From assembly GCA_038248775.1 (NCBI GenBank), contig JBBRXD010000001.1:1-33506 (forward strand): DNA of 33,506 bases, read 5' to 3'. A model generated the notes under the pieces. That model was not told the DNA's origin and did not search any database. It saw only the letters and a list, made by a program, of their open reading frames with translations. Within the stretch, counting starts at the first letter, position 1, and every line of letters starts with the position of its first letter. The position numbers and the translations under genes were made by a program. Source of the DNA: Lysobacterales bacterium. GTDB lineage: Bacteria > Pseudomonadota > Gammaproteobacteria > Xanthomonadales > Xanthomonadaceae. Positions 9,166 to 18,092 of this stretch are shown here, piece after piece.

Positions 9166-10994
9166 TGGTTGAATGGAAAAGCCGAATGAACGCCATGCTA
9201 CGCGCTATACCCCGAAGAATCGTCGTGGGTGTCTTGCTTCTGCTCGCCCTGGATATAGCCTGGCGATTACTGCCGACGACCAAGCTCGAGACGGCTGGCA
9301 CTTCAATTTTGATCGCCTACCTTGTCATCGGCGCCATCGTGCTGGGCAGGCGCCTTGGGCTATTCCTGTTTCTGGTTGGCATGACACTCGGCACACTGCT
9401 CGTTTTCGCCAACAAGACCAAGATCGCGTTGACGCAAATGCCGGTTACGTTCCACGACCTCGCCATCTCGGCCATGAATCCCGGTGGATTGTGGGAAGCG
9501 GTCGGCGCGCCACTCCCGGTGCGAATCGCCACCTATGCAGTCGGGATCGTCCTCCTTGCGATTTTCCTTTATCTGGCGGCAACTGGCATCACCAGATCGG
9601 TCAAGAAGGGCAAGGGCGTTCACGTCGCCGTCGCCACCGCCTTGTTGATACCGGCATTCGGGTTCTCCGTTTCGGATTTCGCAGAGCACCACTTCGTCAT
9701 TGTGACCCAGAGCGAACTGGGCATGGGACTGTGGGAACCGAGCATGGACGCAAGTCTGGCAATGCACGTCGGTCCCGTCCCTTATCTGAGCTACTCGTAT
9801 TTCGGGTACAAGCGAAGGAAACGTGGGGACATCTTCGACATCGCGGCGCTGGCGCAAGCCGATACCGCTGAAGATGGGCTGGCAGTGGCGCCAGTGTTCA
9901 CGGCCAGCAGCGGAGCCCGGACCGAAAAGCCGAATATCGTCTTCATCCTGCTGGAATCGACTTTCGACATCGGCAAGGTATTCGAACTGTCGAACCTGGC
10001 CCGGGATCGACTATTCACGGCAAACGAATATACGCGGCTGCTCTCGCCGCTCCGAGTCAATGCAGTTGGCGGCGGGACCTGGGTAACCGAGTTCGAAACG
10101 ATTACCGGGGTGGATTCGCGAGTGTTCGGCTTCTATGGCTCATACACCCACTCGACGATCTCACCGTTCGTGACGCATAGTTTCGCCTCTTATCTTTCCG
10201 GCAAGGGTTACTCGACAACGGCGATCTATCCGGTCCCTGGAGACTTTTTCAATGCACGCAACGCCTATCGCAATTATGGCTTCAGGCATTTTTACGACTC
10301 GAAGGATATTGGCCTTTCCGAGCGATGGAAAAAAATCACGTATCCGCTGATTATCGGGAAGGCCATCTCGGTGCTTGAGAATGAAGCCTCCGAGCCTTTT
10401 TTCGCCTATGTCCTGACGTTGGAGAATCATTCGCCCCATAATTGCGACGTGCTTGGCCCCGAGAGTGAATCAACAGTCACCCTGACCCGGGCGCCGGAAT
10501 TTCCTGGCAATTGCTCGATCAACAAATATGTGCGTCGGCTCAGGTCCACTTCGGAAGCCGTGTTCGAGATGCGCGATTACCTCGAAACCCTGGAGAAGAA
10601 GTCCGGCAGGCCGTTCATCTTGGTCGTCTTCGGCGACCACCAGCCGCACACCTTCACTTCCAGCACCTTATTCCAATATGATTTTTCCGCTTTCCGGACA
10701 TCCACCCCAAATGACGAGACCTTCATCCACGTGATGTCATCCCTGCCCGGGAAGTTCGACTGCTGCAATGGCACCGTTCCGGCGTTCGTGGTGCCGAGCC
10801 TGGTGGCATCAATGTTAGGAACGGATCCTTCCGACGTGTATCTGCGCAACAACCTGTCTCTTTACCGGGAATGCGGGCCGGATGTTGTCGGAGCGTACAG
10901 GGGCGCCACTGGCTCCGGGCCCCCGACGATGGAATGCAGAAAAGCCTACGAAAGCGCCCTGGACTACTACCGGAAGCACGTGGTCCACTTCTAG
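9162..10994 (+). CDS. LTA synthase/sulfatase-like (alkaline phosphatase superfamily) membrane transferase
   Basis: Five N-terminal TM segments, then NIVFILLESTFD, GGGTWVTEFE (Thr nucleophile position), ENHSPH, FGDHQPH; ATGA overlap with the upstream GT2. Confidence 0.85.
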   Translation: MMVEWKSRMNAMLRAIPRRIVVGVLLLLALDIAWRLLPTTKLETAGTSILIAYLVIGAIVLGRRLGLFLFLVGMTLGTLLVFANKTKIALTQMPVTFHDLAISAMNPGGLWEAVGAPLPVRIATYAVGIVLLAIFLYLAATGITRSVKKGKGVHVAVATALLIPAFGFSVSDFAEHHFVIVTQSELGMGLWEPSMDASLAMHVGPVPYLSYSYFGYKRRKRGDIFDIAALAQADTAEDGLAVAPVFTASSGARTEKPNIVFILLESTFDIGKVFELSNLARDRLFTANEYTRLLSPLRVNAVGGGTWVTEFETITGVDSRVFGFYGSYTHSTISPFVTHSFASYLSGKGYSTTAIYPVPGDFFNARNAYRNYGFRHFYDSKDIGLSERWKKITYPLIIGKAISVLENEASEPFFAYVLTLENHSPHNCDVLGPESESTVTLTRAPEFPGNCSINKYVRRLRSTSEAVFEMRDYLETLEKKSGRPFILVVFGDHQPHTFTSSTLFQYDFSAFRTSTPNDETFIHVMSSLPGKFDCCNGTVPAFVVPSLVASMLGTDPSDVYLRNNLSLYRECGPDVVGAYRGATGSGPPTMECRKAYESALDYYRKHVVHF

Positions 10995-11025
10995 CCGGGA
11001 CAGCGCCTGGGTCTTGTCAAAACGG

Positions 11026-11700
11026 TTACCGGGGCTTGAGTACGCGAGCCGTCACTACGATCGGAAACCTTGAATCGAAATACTCGAGTTCAGCAACGGA
11101 AAGCTCCTCACGGGCTAGGCCGGTCAGGAACGCGATACTCGCCACAAGGTTTCCGTGCATTTTTATTTCCGGGGACTGGCAGTCGCTGTTTTCAGAGATC
11201 AGGCGCGCCAGCGAGCGATCAGTGAATCGCCAAAAATCCTCTGGATGCGGGCTGTAGCGACACAGGCAGGGCGCTGTCACCAGCAGCACGCCGCCTGGCT
11301 TGAGTGCGGCGTACGCGTTGCGGATCACAGCGCGAGAGTCAAAAATAACCGGCAAGGTCTGGGTCAGGATGAAACAGTCGTAGGCTTCCGGGCGTAGCGT
11401 AGCCGGGTCGGTAAGGTCGCCGACAATGGTGGCATTACTGTTGTCGGGAGTGATGTCAATGACATTTTCGGTTTGCACGCGCTCGCCGCCGAAACGGCGG
11501 ATGTAGTTCGCGTTCATGACCTCCAGGCAATCGCCTTGGATATCCTCGCGGTGTTGTTCAAGGAAGCTCTCGATGTAATGTCGATCCACCGGACAGCCAC
11601 GATCAAATCCCCAGCGGTTGCTGGCAGGCTCCATGCGACGCAGGCCGCCCCAGTCGAGCGAGCCCAGGCCAATCGCCTCAATTGATGTGTGCGGGTCCAT
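11026..11700 (-). CDS. Class I SAM-dependent methyltransferase of the type associated with polysaccharide loci
   Basis: WGFDRGCPVDRHYIE, IVGDL, YDCFILTQTL, LKPGGVLLVTAP, DFWRFT. Confidence 0.85.
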   Translation of the reverse strand: MDPHTSIEAIGLGSLDWGGLRRMEPASNRWGFDRGCPVDRHYIESFLEQHREDIQGDCLEVMNANYIRRFGGERVQTENVIDITPDNSNATIVGDLTDPATLRPEAYDCFILTQTLPVIFDSRAVIRNAYAALKPGGVLLVTAPCLCRYSPHPEDFWRFTDRSLARLISENSDCQSPEIKMHGNLVASIAFLTGLAREELSVAELEYFDSRFPIVVTARVLKPR

Positions 11701-11746
11701 GAAAATCTATCCCGTGCTTTATTGCGAGTATAGCTGCTTCTGCTTT

Positions 11747-12742
11747 TCACGCACCCGGACGGTGCGCCAGCAACCATTGCAGGGCGAGTTGATCACGGCC
11801 CCCAAGTATGTGCAACAACAGCTCACGATGTGTTGCCGGCGTGTTTTCCGTCCAGGGCGTGGCGGTGAACTCGGTCGACATGGCGCGAACGGCATTGAAC
11901 AATGGACCTGCAGCGTTCGCATCGTCCTGCCACGAAAATCTCAGCCATTGTTCCCGGATTGAATACGACCATGCACTGACATAACGCAGTGCCGCCGCCT
12001 GCAGTCCATATGTCCTGAATAGTCGGGCAATGCGGCACTGAAACTCAACATCATCGAGCAGGTTCTGCAGGACTGGCGTTCGCCTGGTCAGCGACTGGCC
12101 CCGGTAGTGATGATAGATGTAGACAACGGCATCGAGCAGCGCTACTCGATCGGCTGCAAGGATTGCCCGAGCCTGAAACAACTGATCTTCACCGAAACTG
12201 AGGTCTTCCGGATAACGGATGCCCTCACTGTCCAGCAGGGAACGCGCATATAAATTGCAGCAATGGCAGCCGGGAATGGATTGTAGATGCGCGGACACGG
12301 CAGCATCCTCGACCTGCACGCCGCCAGAGCCTGATAACGCGGGCGCCTGCGCCGCATCACGTCGCCAGTCCACCCGGCCCAGCACCAACGCACAGCCGGT
12401 ATCGCGCGCAGCCTGAACCAGTTGCCGCAGGGCATCGTCCGGCAAGCTGTCATCAGCGTCCAGAAAAAATACGAACTCACCCGTTGCAGCGTTGATGCCC
12501 GTATTCCGGGCCACACTTGGCCCCTTGTTTTCGGGCAGCTGCAACACTCGAAGCCGTCGATCGCGAGCAGCGAAGGCTTGCAGGATGGCAACCGAGTCAT
12601 CGCTCGATCCATCATCGATACAGATCACTTCGATATCACCAAAAGACTGTGCTAGTACGGAGTCAATGCTTGCCCGCAAGAACCCAGCCGCATTGAGCAC
12701 AGGCATGACCACACTGATGGCTGGTGCCTGAACTTGCTTCAT
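11747..12742 (-). CDS. Glycosyltransferase family 2, paralog of 8170-9165
   Basis: ISVVMPVLN, CIDDGSSD, NKGPSVARN, FLDADD, GEDQLFQA, VYIYHHY; start at ATG 12742. Confidence 0.92.
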   Translation of the reverse strand: MKQVQAPAISVVMPVLNAAGFLRASIDSVLAQSFGDIEVICIDDGSSDDSVAILQAFAARDRRLRVLQLPENKGPSVARNTGINAATGEFVFFLDADDSLPDDALRQLVQAARDTGCALVLGRVDWRRDAAQAPALSGSGGVQVEDAAVSAHLQSIPGCHCCNLYARSLLDSEGIRYPEDLSFGEDQLFQARAILAADRVALLDAVVYIYHHYRGQSLTRRTPVLQNLLDDVEFQCRIARLFRTYGLQAAALRYVSAWSYSIREQWLRFSWQDDANAAGPLFNAVRAMSTEFTATPWTENTPATHRELLLHILGGRDQLALQWLLAHRPGA

Positions 12743-12743
12743 C

Positions 12744-13040
12744 TCACTGGTCTTGACAGCTCGGACACTTGTAGAGACCCTCGAAACACTGGTAAAGCCC
12801 GCCAATCATCACTTCCTCGGCAGTTGGCAAGTAGCGTTCGTGCTCTAAAGCCAGTTCGGCATCAGATTCACTTACGCACCGTGCCGCTGTCAAGAACATG
12901 GTGCAATGAGACCACGACGGCGGCTTGTCAGTGGATATATCGGTGGGAATTCCGGGGAATGATCGCGCTGGCTTCAAGCGAGTGCTGCGCTATTGCGCGC
13001 AGTCGAACTGGTCCTCGGGACGATTGGCCCATGCGGGCGC
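12744..13040 (-). pseudogene. 3' remnant of a GT31-like gene; repeat copy 2
   Basis: DKPPSWSHCTMFLTAARCVSESDAELALEHERYLPTAEEVMIGGLYQCFEG...*; aligns without gaps to 6061-6230 (36 mismatches in 170 nt by hand count). Confidence 0.7.
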
Positions 13041-13145
13041 TTGAGGTCAGTGCGACAGGAAAACATCCCGTGGCGAAGCTGAAAGGTATTTGGCACAATC
13101 GCTTGCCAGACCGATTGTCTCGATATCACGAATCCCGAGGGACTC

Positions 13146-14126
13146 ATGGGCCAAGCAGAAGTGGTGAGCGAGCGTCTTGCCTACGGGCAATTCCTGCGAA
13201 ACCGGCGATCGGCGGAGTTCAAAGTCGACATTCTGGACAGGATCGGCGACCGCAACCTGACGAGATGGGGAAAGAGCGCGACGCTATTCGCTCGGCTGAT
13301 TGCCGATATCGAGGCTAGAAAGCCATTCTCATTGATCCGATTGGGTGATGGCGAAGGCAACGTGCTGTTCTGGGGTTCCCGCCGCTCCGAGTATCCTGCG
13401 CTGGCGCGATATGCAATGGATGGCATCTGGTCGATGATGTTCGGCAGAGAGGCCGACGTTTCCGAGTTTGACAGACTCTACGAATGCATGGTGCGGGCTG
13501 TGCACGGTAGCGATTACCTGGGTATGAGCGAAATGGATGGGGACGAGCTCTGCATCGGCCGCATGTGCGATCCTTCAGTCGATGGGGCTGACATTCGCGG
13601 TGATCTGGGCACGGCGGCCGTGTGGGACTGGATATCCGGGCAGGCGTTGGATCGGATCCAAGATGGCGGCCAAGTATTGGTAAACGCCTGGATCCATAGC
13701 GCACTGGTGCCAGACCAGCTCCGGGCACTGTTAAACGCAGCAGGAGGGCTTTCACTTATCACCTGCCATCCGGGATTGCTCGATCGTTTCGTCAGAACGT
13801 TCGGTATACAGCCAGGACGGAGCTACCTGATCCCATCGCAGTACTCGAATACGGGGGAAATACCTGGCCTCATTCATTTTCCCGAACGCTTCGAGGAGAT
13901 CGAAGCCGAGCTCATCGCCCGCGACCTGCACGGCGAGTTTTTCCTGGTCGGTGCGGGAGTGGTCGGCAAGGCCTATTGCGATCGAATCAAGAGGCAGGGC
14001 GGCATGGCCATAGACGCGGGCAGCATGATGGATGTTTGGATGGGGATCGGCGTCCGCCAATACCACAGTCGCGAATTCCTCGAGAAGTTTCGGCTGGGGG
14101 TTGCCGACCCACCCTGGGAGCGGTGA
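13146..14126 (+). CDS. GT-D fold-like (DUF1792-related) putative glycosyltransferase
   Basis: PFSLIRLGDGEG and FLVGAGVVGKAYC...GGMAIDAGSMMDVWMG match the GT-D signatures RxGDGE and D(I/A)G. Confidence 0.7.
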   Translation: MGQAEVVSERLAYGQFLRNRRSAEFKVDILDRIGDRNLTRWGKSATLFARLIADIEARKPFSLIRLGDGEGNVLFWGSRRSEYPALARYAMDGIWSMMFGREADVSEFDRLYECMVRAVHGSDYLGMSEMDGDELCIGRMCDPSVDGADIRGDLGTAAVWDWISGQALDRIQDGGQVLVNAWIHSALVPDQLRALLNAAGGLSLITCHPGLLDRFVRTFGIQPGRSYLIPSQYSNTGEIPGLIHFPERFEEIEAELIARDLHGEFFLVGAGVVGKAYCDRIKRQGGMAIDAGSMMDVWMGIGVRQYHSREFLEKFRLGVADPPWER

Positions 14127-14288
14127 CTGGCCGTTAGTCGACAGCACCGCTTCGCACAAACTCTGTGTGAAACCATTACCCGGCAGATATTGACACCCGA
14201 AACAGGGGAGGGGTATTGGAATTCCTATCCTTGAAGCCGAACTTCCGGCAGAATTCTTTGCCAGTCTCCTGTCCCGGTTGCGCAAGCC

Positions 14289-15074
14289 ATGAGCGAGCCC
14301 GATTTCATCGTCGCCATCCCGGCACGCTACGGCGCCTCCCGCCTGCCGGGCAAGCCGCTGCGACTGATCGCCGGCGAGCCGATGGTTGTGCACGTGGCGC
14401 GCCGGGCACTCGCTGCGGGCGCGCGGGAAGTGGTGCTGGCGACCGACGACAAACGAATCGCGGATGCCGTTCGTCTCGCGGGAGTGTCAATTTGCATGAC
14501 CAGTGCCGACCATGCTTCCGGCACCGACCGCTTGGCCGAATGCGCGAGCCAGCTGCATTGGCCAGATGATCGGATCATCGTGAACCTGCAGGGCGATGAA
14601 CCTTTCGCACCCGTGGAAGGCATTCGCGCCGTCGCCCGCACGCTTGCAGAAGCGGGCACCGAAATGGCGACTCTGGCCGCACCGATTCACGACTGCGAGA
14701 TCTTGTTCGATCCCAATGTGGTCAAGGTGGTTCGCGATTGCAATGGGCTGGCCCTGTATTTCAGCCGTGCGCCGATTCCCTGGCAGCGCGATCGCTTCGC
14801 CTGCGACCGCACCCGTCCGCCAGCGCCGGGCGCATTGCGCCATATCGGCATTTACGCCTATCGCGCAGGTTTCCTGCGGCGCTTTGCCGGACTGCCCAAG
14901 GGCGAACTGGAACGGCTGGAATCGCTGGAGCAACTGCGCGCACTCGAGGCCGGTTGTCGAATCGCGGTCGGCTTGACACCCGTACCGTTCCCCGCCGGTG
15001 TTGATACCGAGGAGGATCTCCTGCGGGCGCAGCACCAGGCAGGGATCGCTTCGATCGCCGGGTCGACGCAATGA
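14289..15074 (+). CDS. kdsB: 3-deoxy-manno-octulosonate cytidylyltransferase (CMP-Kdo synthetase)
   Basis: [75 protein letters not shown]. Confidence 0.96.
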   Translation: MSEPDFIVAIPARYGASRLPGKPLRLIAGEPMVVHVARRALAAGAREVVLATDDKRIADAVRLAGVSICMTSADHASGTDRLAECASQLHWPDDRIIVNLQGDEPFAPVEGIRAVARTLAEAGTEMATLAAPIHDCEILFDPNVVKVVRDCNGLALYFSRAPIPWQRDRFACDRTRPPAPGALRHIGIYAYRAGFLRRFAGLPKGELERLESLEQLRALEAGCRIAVGLTPVPFPAGVDTEEDLLRAQHQAGIASIAGSTQ

Positions 15075-15928
15075 AGCTGGTCATGACTTTGCTGGTCAGG
15101 GACGAGCAGGACATCATCCGCGCCAATATCGATTACCACCTGCGGCAAGGCGTCGACTTCTTCCTCGCCACGGACAACAGGTCGATCGATGCCACAACGG
15201 ACATCCTCAGGCAATACGAGTCTCGGGGCGTGCTCCGGTACATCTTCGAGGGCAGCGATGACTACAACCAGCATGCCTGGGTGACCCGGATGGCCAGGTT
15301 GGCGAACATCGATCACGGCGCGGATTGGGTTATCAACAATGACGCCGACGAATTCTGGTGGCCGTTGTCCGGCACGCTCAAGGAAACCTTCGCGCGGGTA
15401 CCCCCAGAGATGAATATCGTCCAGGCCGATCGTCACAACTTCGTCGCGGTTCCCGAGTCCGGCCAGCCTTTCTGGTCACGGATGGTCTACCGGGAGAAAC
15501 AGTCGCTGAATCCGCTCGGCAAGCCGTTGCCGTCCAAAGTGGCCCACCGTGGCAACGCTTCCGTCACGGTTGACCAGGGGAATCACGGTGTGCAGGGGCT
15601 GGACGACCCCCGAACGATAGAGGGATTGATCGAGATCCTTCACTATCCTGTCCGTAGTTACCAACAGATCGTCAACAAGATCGCAAAGGGCGGAGCCGCC
15701 TACGGGAGAAACCAGGAACTGCCGGAATCGATTGGCCTCACCTGGCGGACGTTGTTCGAAGATCTGCAGCGCAAGGGCAATCTGAACGACTATTTCGAAG
15801 GCAATTTCTACGACGAAGACAGGCTCGCCGAGAAAGTCGCAGCGGGTGAATTGCTCCTGGACGACCGCATTGCCCAATACCTTTACCGGGACTGGCTGCC
15901 TGACGCGGCCCAGCGGCCAAGCGCATGA
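15071..15928 (+). CDS. Glycosyltransferase family 2 (Glyco_tranf_2_4 type)
   Basis: [45 protein letters not shown]; ATGA overlap with kdsB. Confidence 0.88.
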   Translation: MKLVMTLLVRDEQDIIRANIDYHLRQGVDFFLATDNRSIDATTDILRQYESRGVLRYIFEGSDDYNQHAWVTRMARLANIDHGADWVINNDADEFWWPLSGTLKETFARVPPEMNIVQADRHNFVAVPESGQPFWSRMVYREKQSLNPLGKPLPSKVAHRGNASVTVDQGNHGVQGLDDPRTIEGLIEILHYPVRSYQQIVNKIAKGGAAYGRNQELPESIGLTWRTLFEDLQRKGNLNDYFEGNFYDEDRLAEKVAAGELLLDDRIAQYLYRDWLPDAAQRPSA

Positions 15929-16647
15929 ATCCGACAGCTCATACCATGGGTTCGCGGCTCCGCGCCGCGTATTCGCGCTGGCGCCATCCGGCCTGTGAGG
16001 TTTTGGTCTGCATCTATACTTGCGCGGCGGATGAAGAATTGCTCAAGCAATTCCATGAATCCGAATTGGGGCAGTTCCTGAGTCGTTGGCCGGGGGCGCG
16101 GCTACTCGAGGTCTATGCGGACGGGTCGCTGCCGCGCACCCGCCTGGTTGGCAATCGCCTGACGATTCGCGCCAACGAGAGTTACGGCGAACTCAGCGTC
16201 AAGACTCACCGGATGATAGAACATTGCGTGCGGCATTTTCGTTTCCACCGCCTGCTGAAGATCGACGTAGCGAACGTGAAGACGCACCTTGACGACCCGA
16301 GATACAGTGGTCGAAAGCCGGTCAACCTGGCGGCGATGATCGAGTACCTGCGCAGTTCGGACGCGAACAACGACTACGACGGCTTCCTCATGCACGCCAG
16401 TCAAAGACGCGAGGATGTCGAAACGTGGGCTACCAGGAAAGGTGCAACCGTCGATTTGGCGCGTGTCTTCGGCGACAGGCCAATACCGCCATATTTTGGC
16501 GGACTTTGCTATTTTCTTAGCCGCCGATTCGCGAACTACGTGGCCGAAAATGGCGCCAGCGTCGCCGATAGCCATGCGCGCTACCTTGTCGGGTCTGAGG
16601 ATGTGATGATTGGGCGTCTGTTCCTTGATTTCAAAGATGCGTCGTGA
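15925..16647 (+). CDS. Putative GT31 (Galactosyl_T/Fringe-like) glycosyltransferase
   Basis: ESYGELSVKT, LLKIDV, PYFGGLCYFLS and EDVMIG occur in the order of the GT31 motifs (DxYxNLxxKT, KxDDD, PxYxxGxGYxxS, EDVxxG); ATGA overlap upstream. Confidence 0.6.
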   Translation: MNPTAHTMGSRLRAAYSRWRHPACEVLVCIYTCAADEELLKQFHESELGQFLSRWPGARLLEVYADGSLPRTRLVGNRLTIRANESYGELSVKTHRMIEHCVRHFRFHRLLKIDVANVKTHLDDPRYSGRKPVNLAAMIEYLRSSDANNDYDGFLMHASQRREDVETWATRKGATVDLARVFGDRPIPPYFGGLCYFLSRRFANYVAENGASVADSHARYLVGSEDVMIGRLFLDFKDAS

Positions 16648-16683
16648 CTGGGAAGCCCGAACCAGGGCACACGCATCGTTGAC

Positions 16684-16971
16684 GTGCTTGCTGACCCCGG
16701 CGTTCCGGCGCCGGGCAGGATCGGGGAGGGCTGCCTCGTCGCCAGCGCCCAAGAGCGTTACGAGACCCTGAGCGTGAAGACCCATCGCATGATCCGGACC
16801 GCCGTGGAGCAGGCCAGTTTCGACGCCTTGCTCAAGATTGACGTTACGACCGTGATGACGCAAATGGATGGGCCGGAGTACGCGGACCGGGCAGCGATCG
16901 ACCCCGTGTTTCAGGCCTTCACGGCGCGGGACGCGGAGTGCGCGCGCCCAACGCCGTTGTGGACACGGTAG
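16684..16971 (+). pseudogene. Internal fragment of a second GT31-like paralog
   Basis: VLADPG...QERYETLSVKTHRMIRTAVEQASFDALLKIDVTTVMTQMDGPEYADRAAID aligns with VYADGS...NESYGELSVKTHRMIEHCVRHFRFHRLLKIDVANVKTHLDDPRYSGRKPVN; both ends are missing. Confidence 0.8.
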
Positions 16972-17074
16972 GCTATCTCTACCATCATTGCCGCCAGCAA
17001 TCCGTCACCCATCAGTCCTTTCCCATCGTCCTCACCGCGCACGTCCGAAAGTGTGCGGCCCACGGAGCATCAAC

Positions 17075-18079
17075 ATGACTGCAAACGGCGATGAAGCGCT
17101 GATCCTGATGTACCACCGCATCGTCGAGACGGACATGGACCCCTGGGGGATGTGCGTCGGGCCGCGTCATTTCTCCGAGCAGCTCGAGGCGATCCGGACC
17201 CTTGGCACGCCGCTTGGCCTGGTCGACTATGTGCGCGGGCGGGAGCAGGGCGAACTGCCCCCGCGTCCGATCGTGCTCACCTTCGACGACGGCTACCTGG
17301 ACAACCTCGACCAGGCGCTACCCCTGCTGGCGCGGCACGCGGTACCAGCTACGGTCTTCATCACGACTGGCAACATCGGCTCCGAGGAGGAGTTCTGGTG
17401 GGACTGGCTGGAGACGATGCTGCTGCGCCCTGCCCAGTTGCCTGAGCGGCTGGTGTTGGCGCTCCCGACCGGCGAGGCAAGCTGGGAATTGGGTGAGGCT
17501 GCACGGTACGACGAGGCACAGCGCGCGGGCGATCGCTGGACCAATGCCTGGCAGGCGACTCCCGGCTCGCGACTGGGCCTGTTCTACGATGTGTGGAAGC
17601 ACTTGTGGCCGCTGGACCCGACGCCGCGGCGAGCTGCGATGCATGTGCTGGCCGACTGGTCAGGAGTGCTTTCGCCGCCAGCGCAACCCAGGCGCACGAT
17701 GACTGCCGACGAGATCGGCAGGCTGGCGGCCAGCGAATGGATCACGATCGGGGCGCACACCGTTGCCCATCCGCCACTGCCGGCGCATCCGGTCGAAGTG
17801 CAGGCGCGTGAAATTCTTGAAAGCCAGCGCGTGCTGCGTGACATCACAGGCAGTGCGATCACTACCTTCGCCTATCCGCATGGCGAATACTCGGACGCGA
17901 CCATCGACCTGCTCCAGGCCGGTGGCTTCGAGTGCGCCGTCACGGTGGAGCAAAAACTGTCGCGGCCGTCCACGGACGCAATGAAGCTGCCGCGCTTTGG
18001 CGTCAAGGATGTCGGCGGGGATGTGTTTCTCGCCAAGTTTGCGCCGCTGTTTGCGGCGGCGCGTGGCGTCGCGGCGTGA
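17075..18079 (+). CDS. Polysaccharide deacetylase (CE4/NodB homology)
   Basis: ILMYHRI, LTFDDGYLDN, IGAHTVAHP, FAYPHG, LPRF; ATG 17075 preceded by GGAG. Confidence 0.92.
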   Translation: MTANGDEALILMYHRIVETDMDPWGMCVGPRHFSEQLEAIRTLGTPLGLVDYVRGREQGELPPRPIVLTFDDGYLDNLDQALPLLARHAVPATVFITTGNIGSEEEFWWDWLETMLLRPAQLPERLVLALPTGEASWELGEAARYDEAQRAGDRWTNAWQATPGSRLGLFYDVWKHLWPLDPTPRRAAMHVLADWSGVLSPPAQPRRTMTADEIGRLAASEWITIGAHTVAHPPLPAHPVEVQAREILESQRVLRDITGSAITTFAYPHGEYSDATIDLLQAGGFECAVTVEQKLSRPSTDAMKLPRFGVKDVGGDVFLAKFAPLFAAARGVAA

Positions 18080-18092
18080 ATCCGCTGCGGCC

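Noticed and set aside
10329-10335. A7 tract (and short G/C runs elsewhere) as phase-variation switches
   Set aside because: Too short and in frame; no long simple-sequence repeats in any transferase.
3960-18079. Nod-factor biosynthesis (NodZ-like, NodB-like, sulfotransferase, methyltransferase)
   Set aside because: No NodA acyltransferase, NodC synthase, NodD or nod box is seen; these families are widespread in surface-polysaccharide loci.
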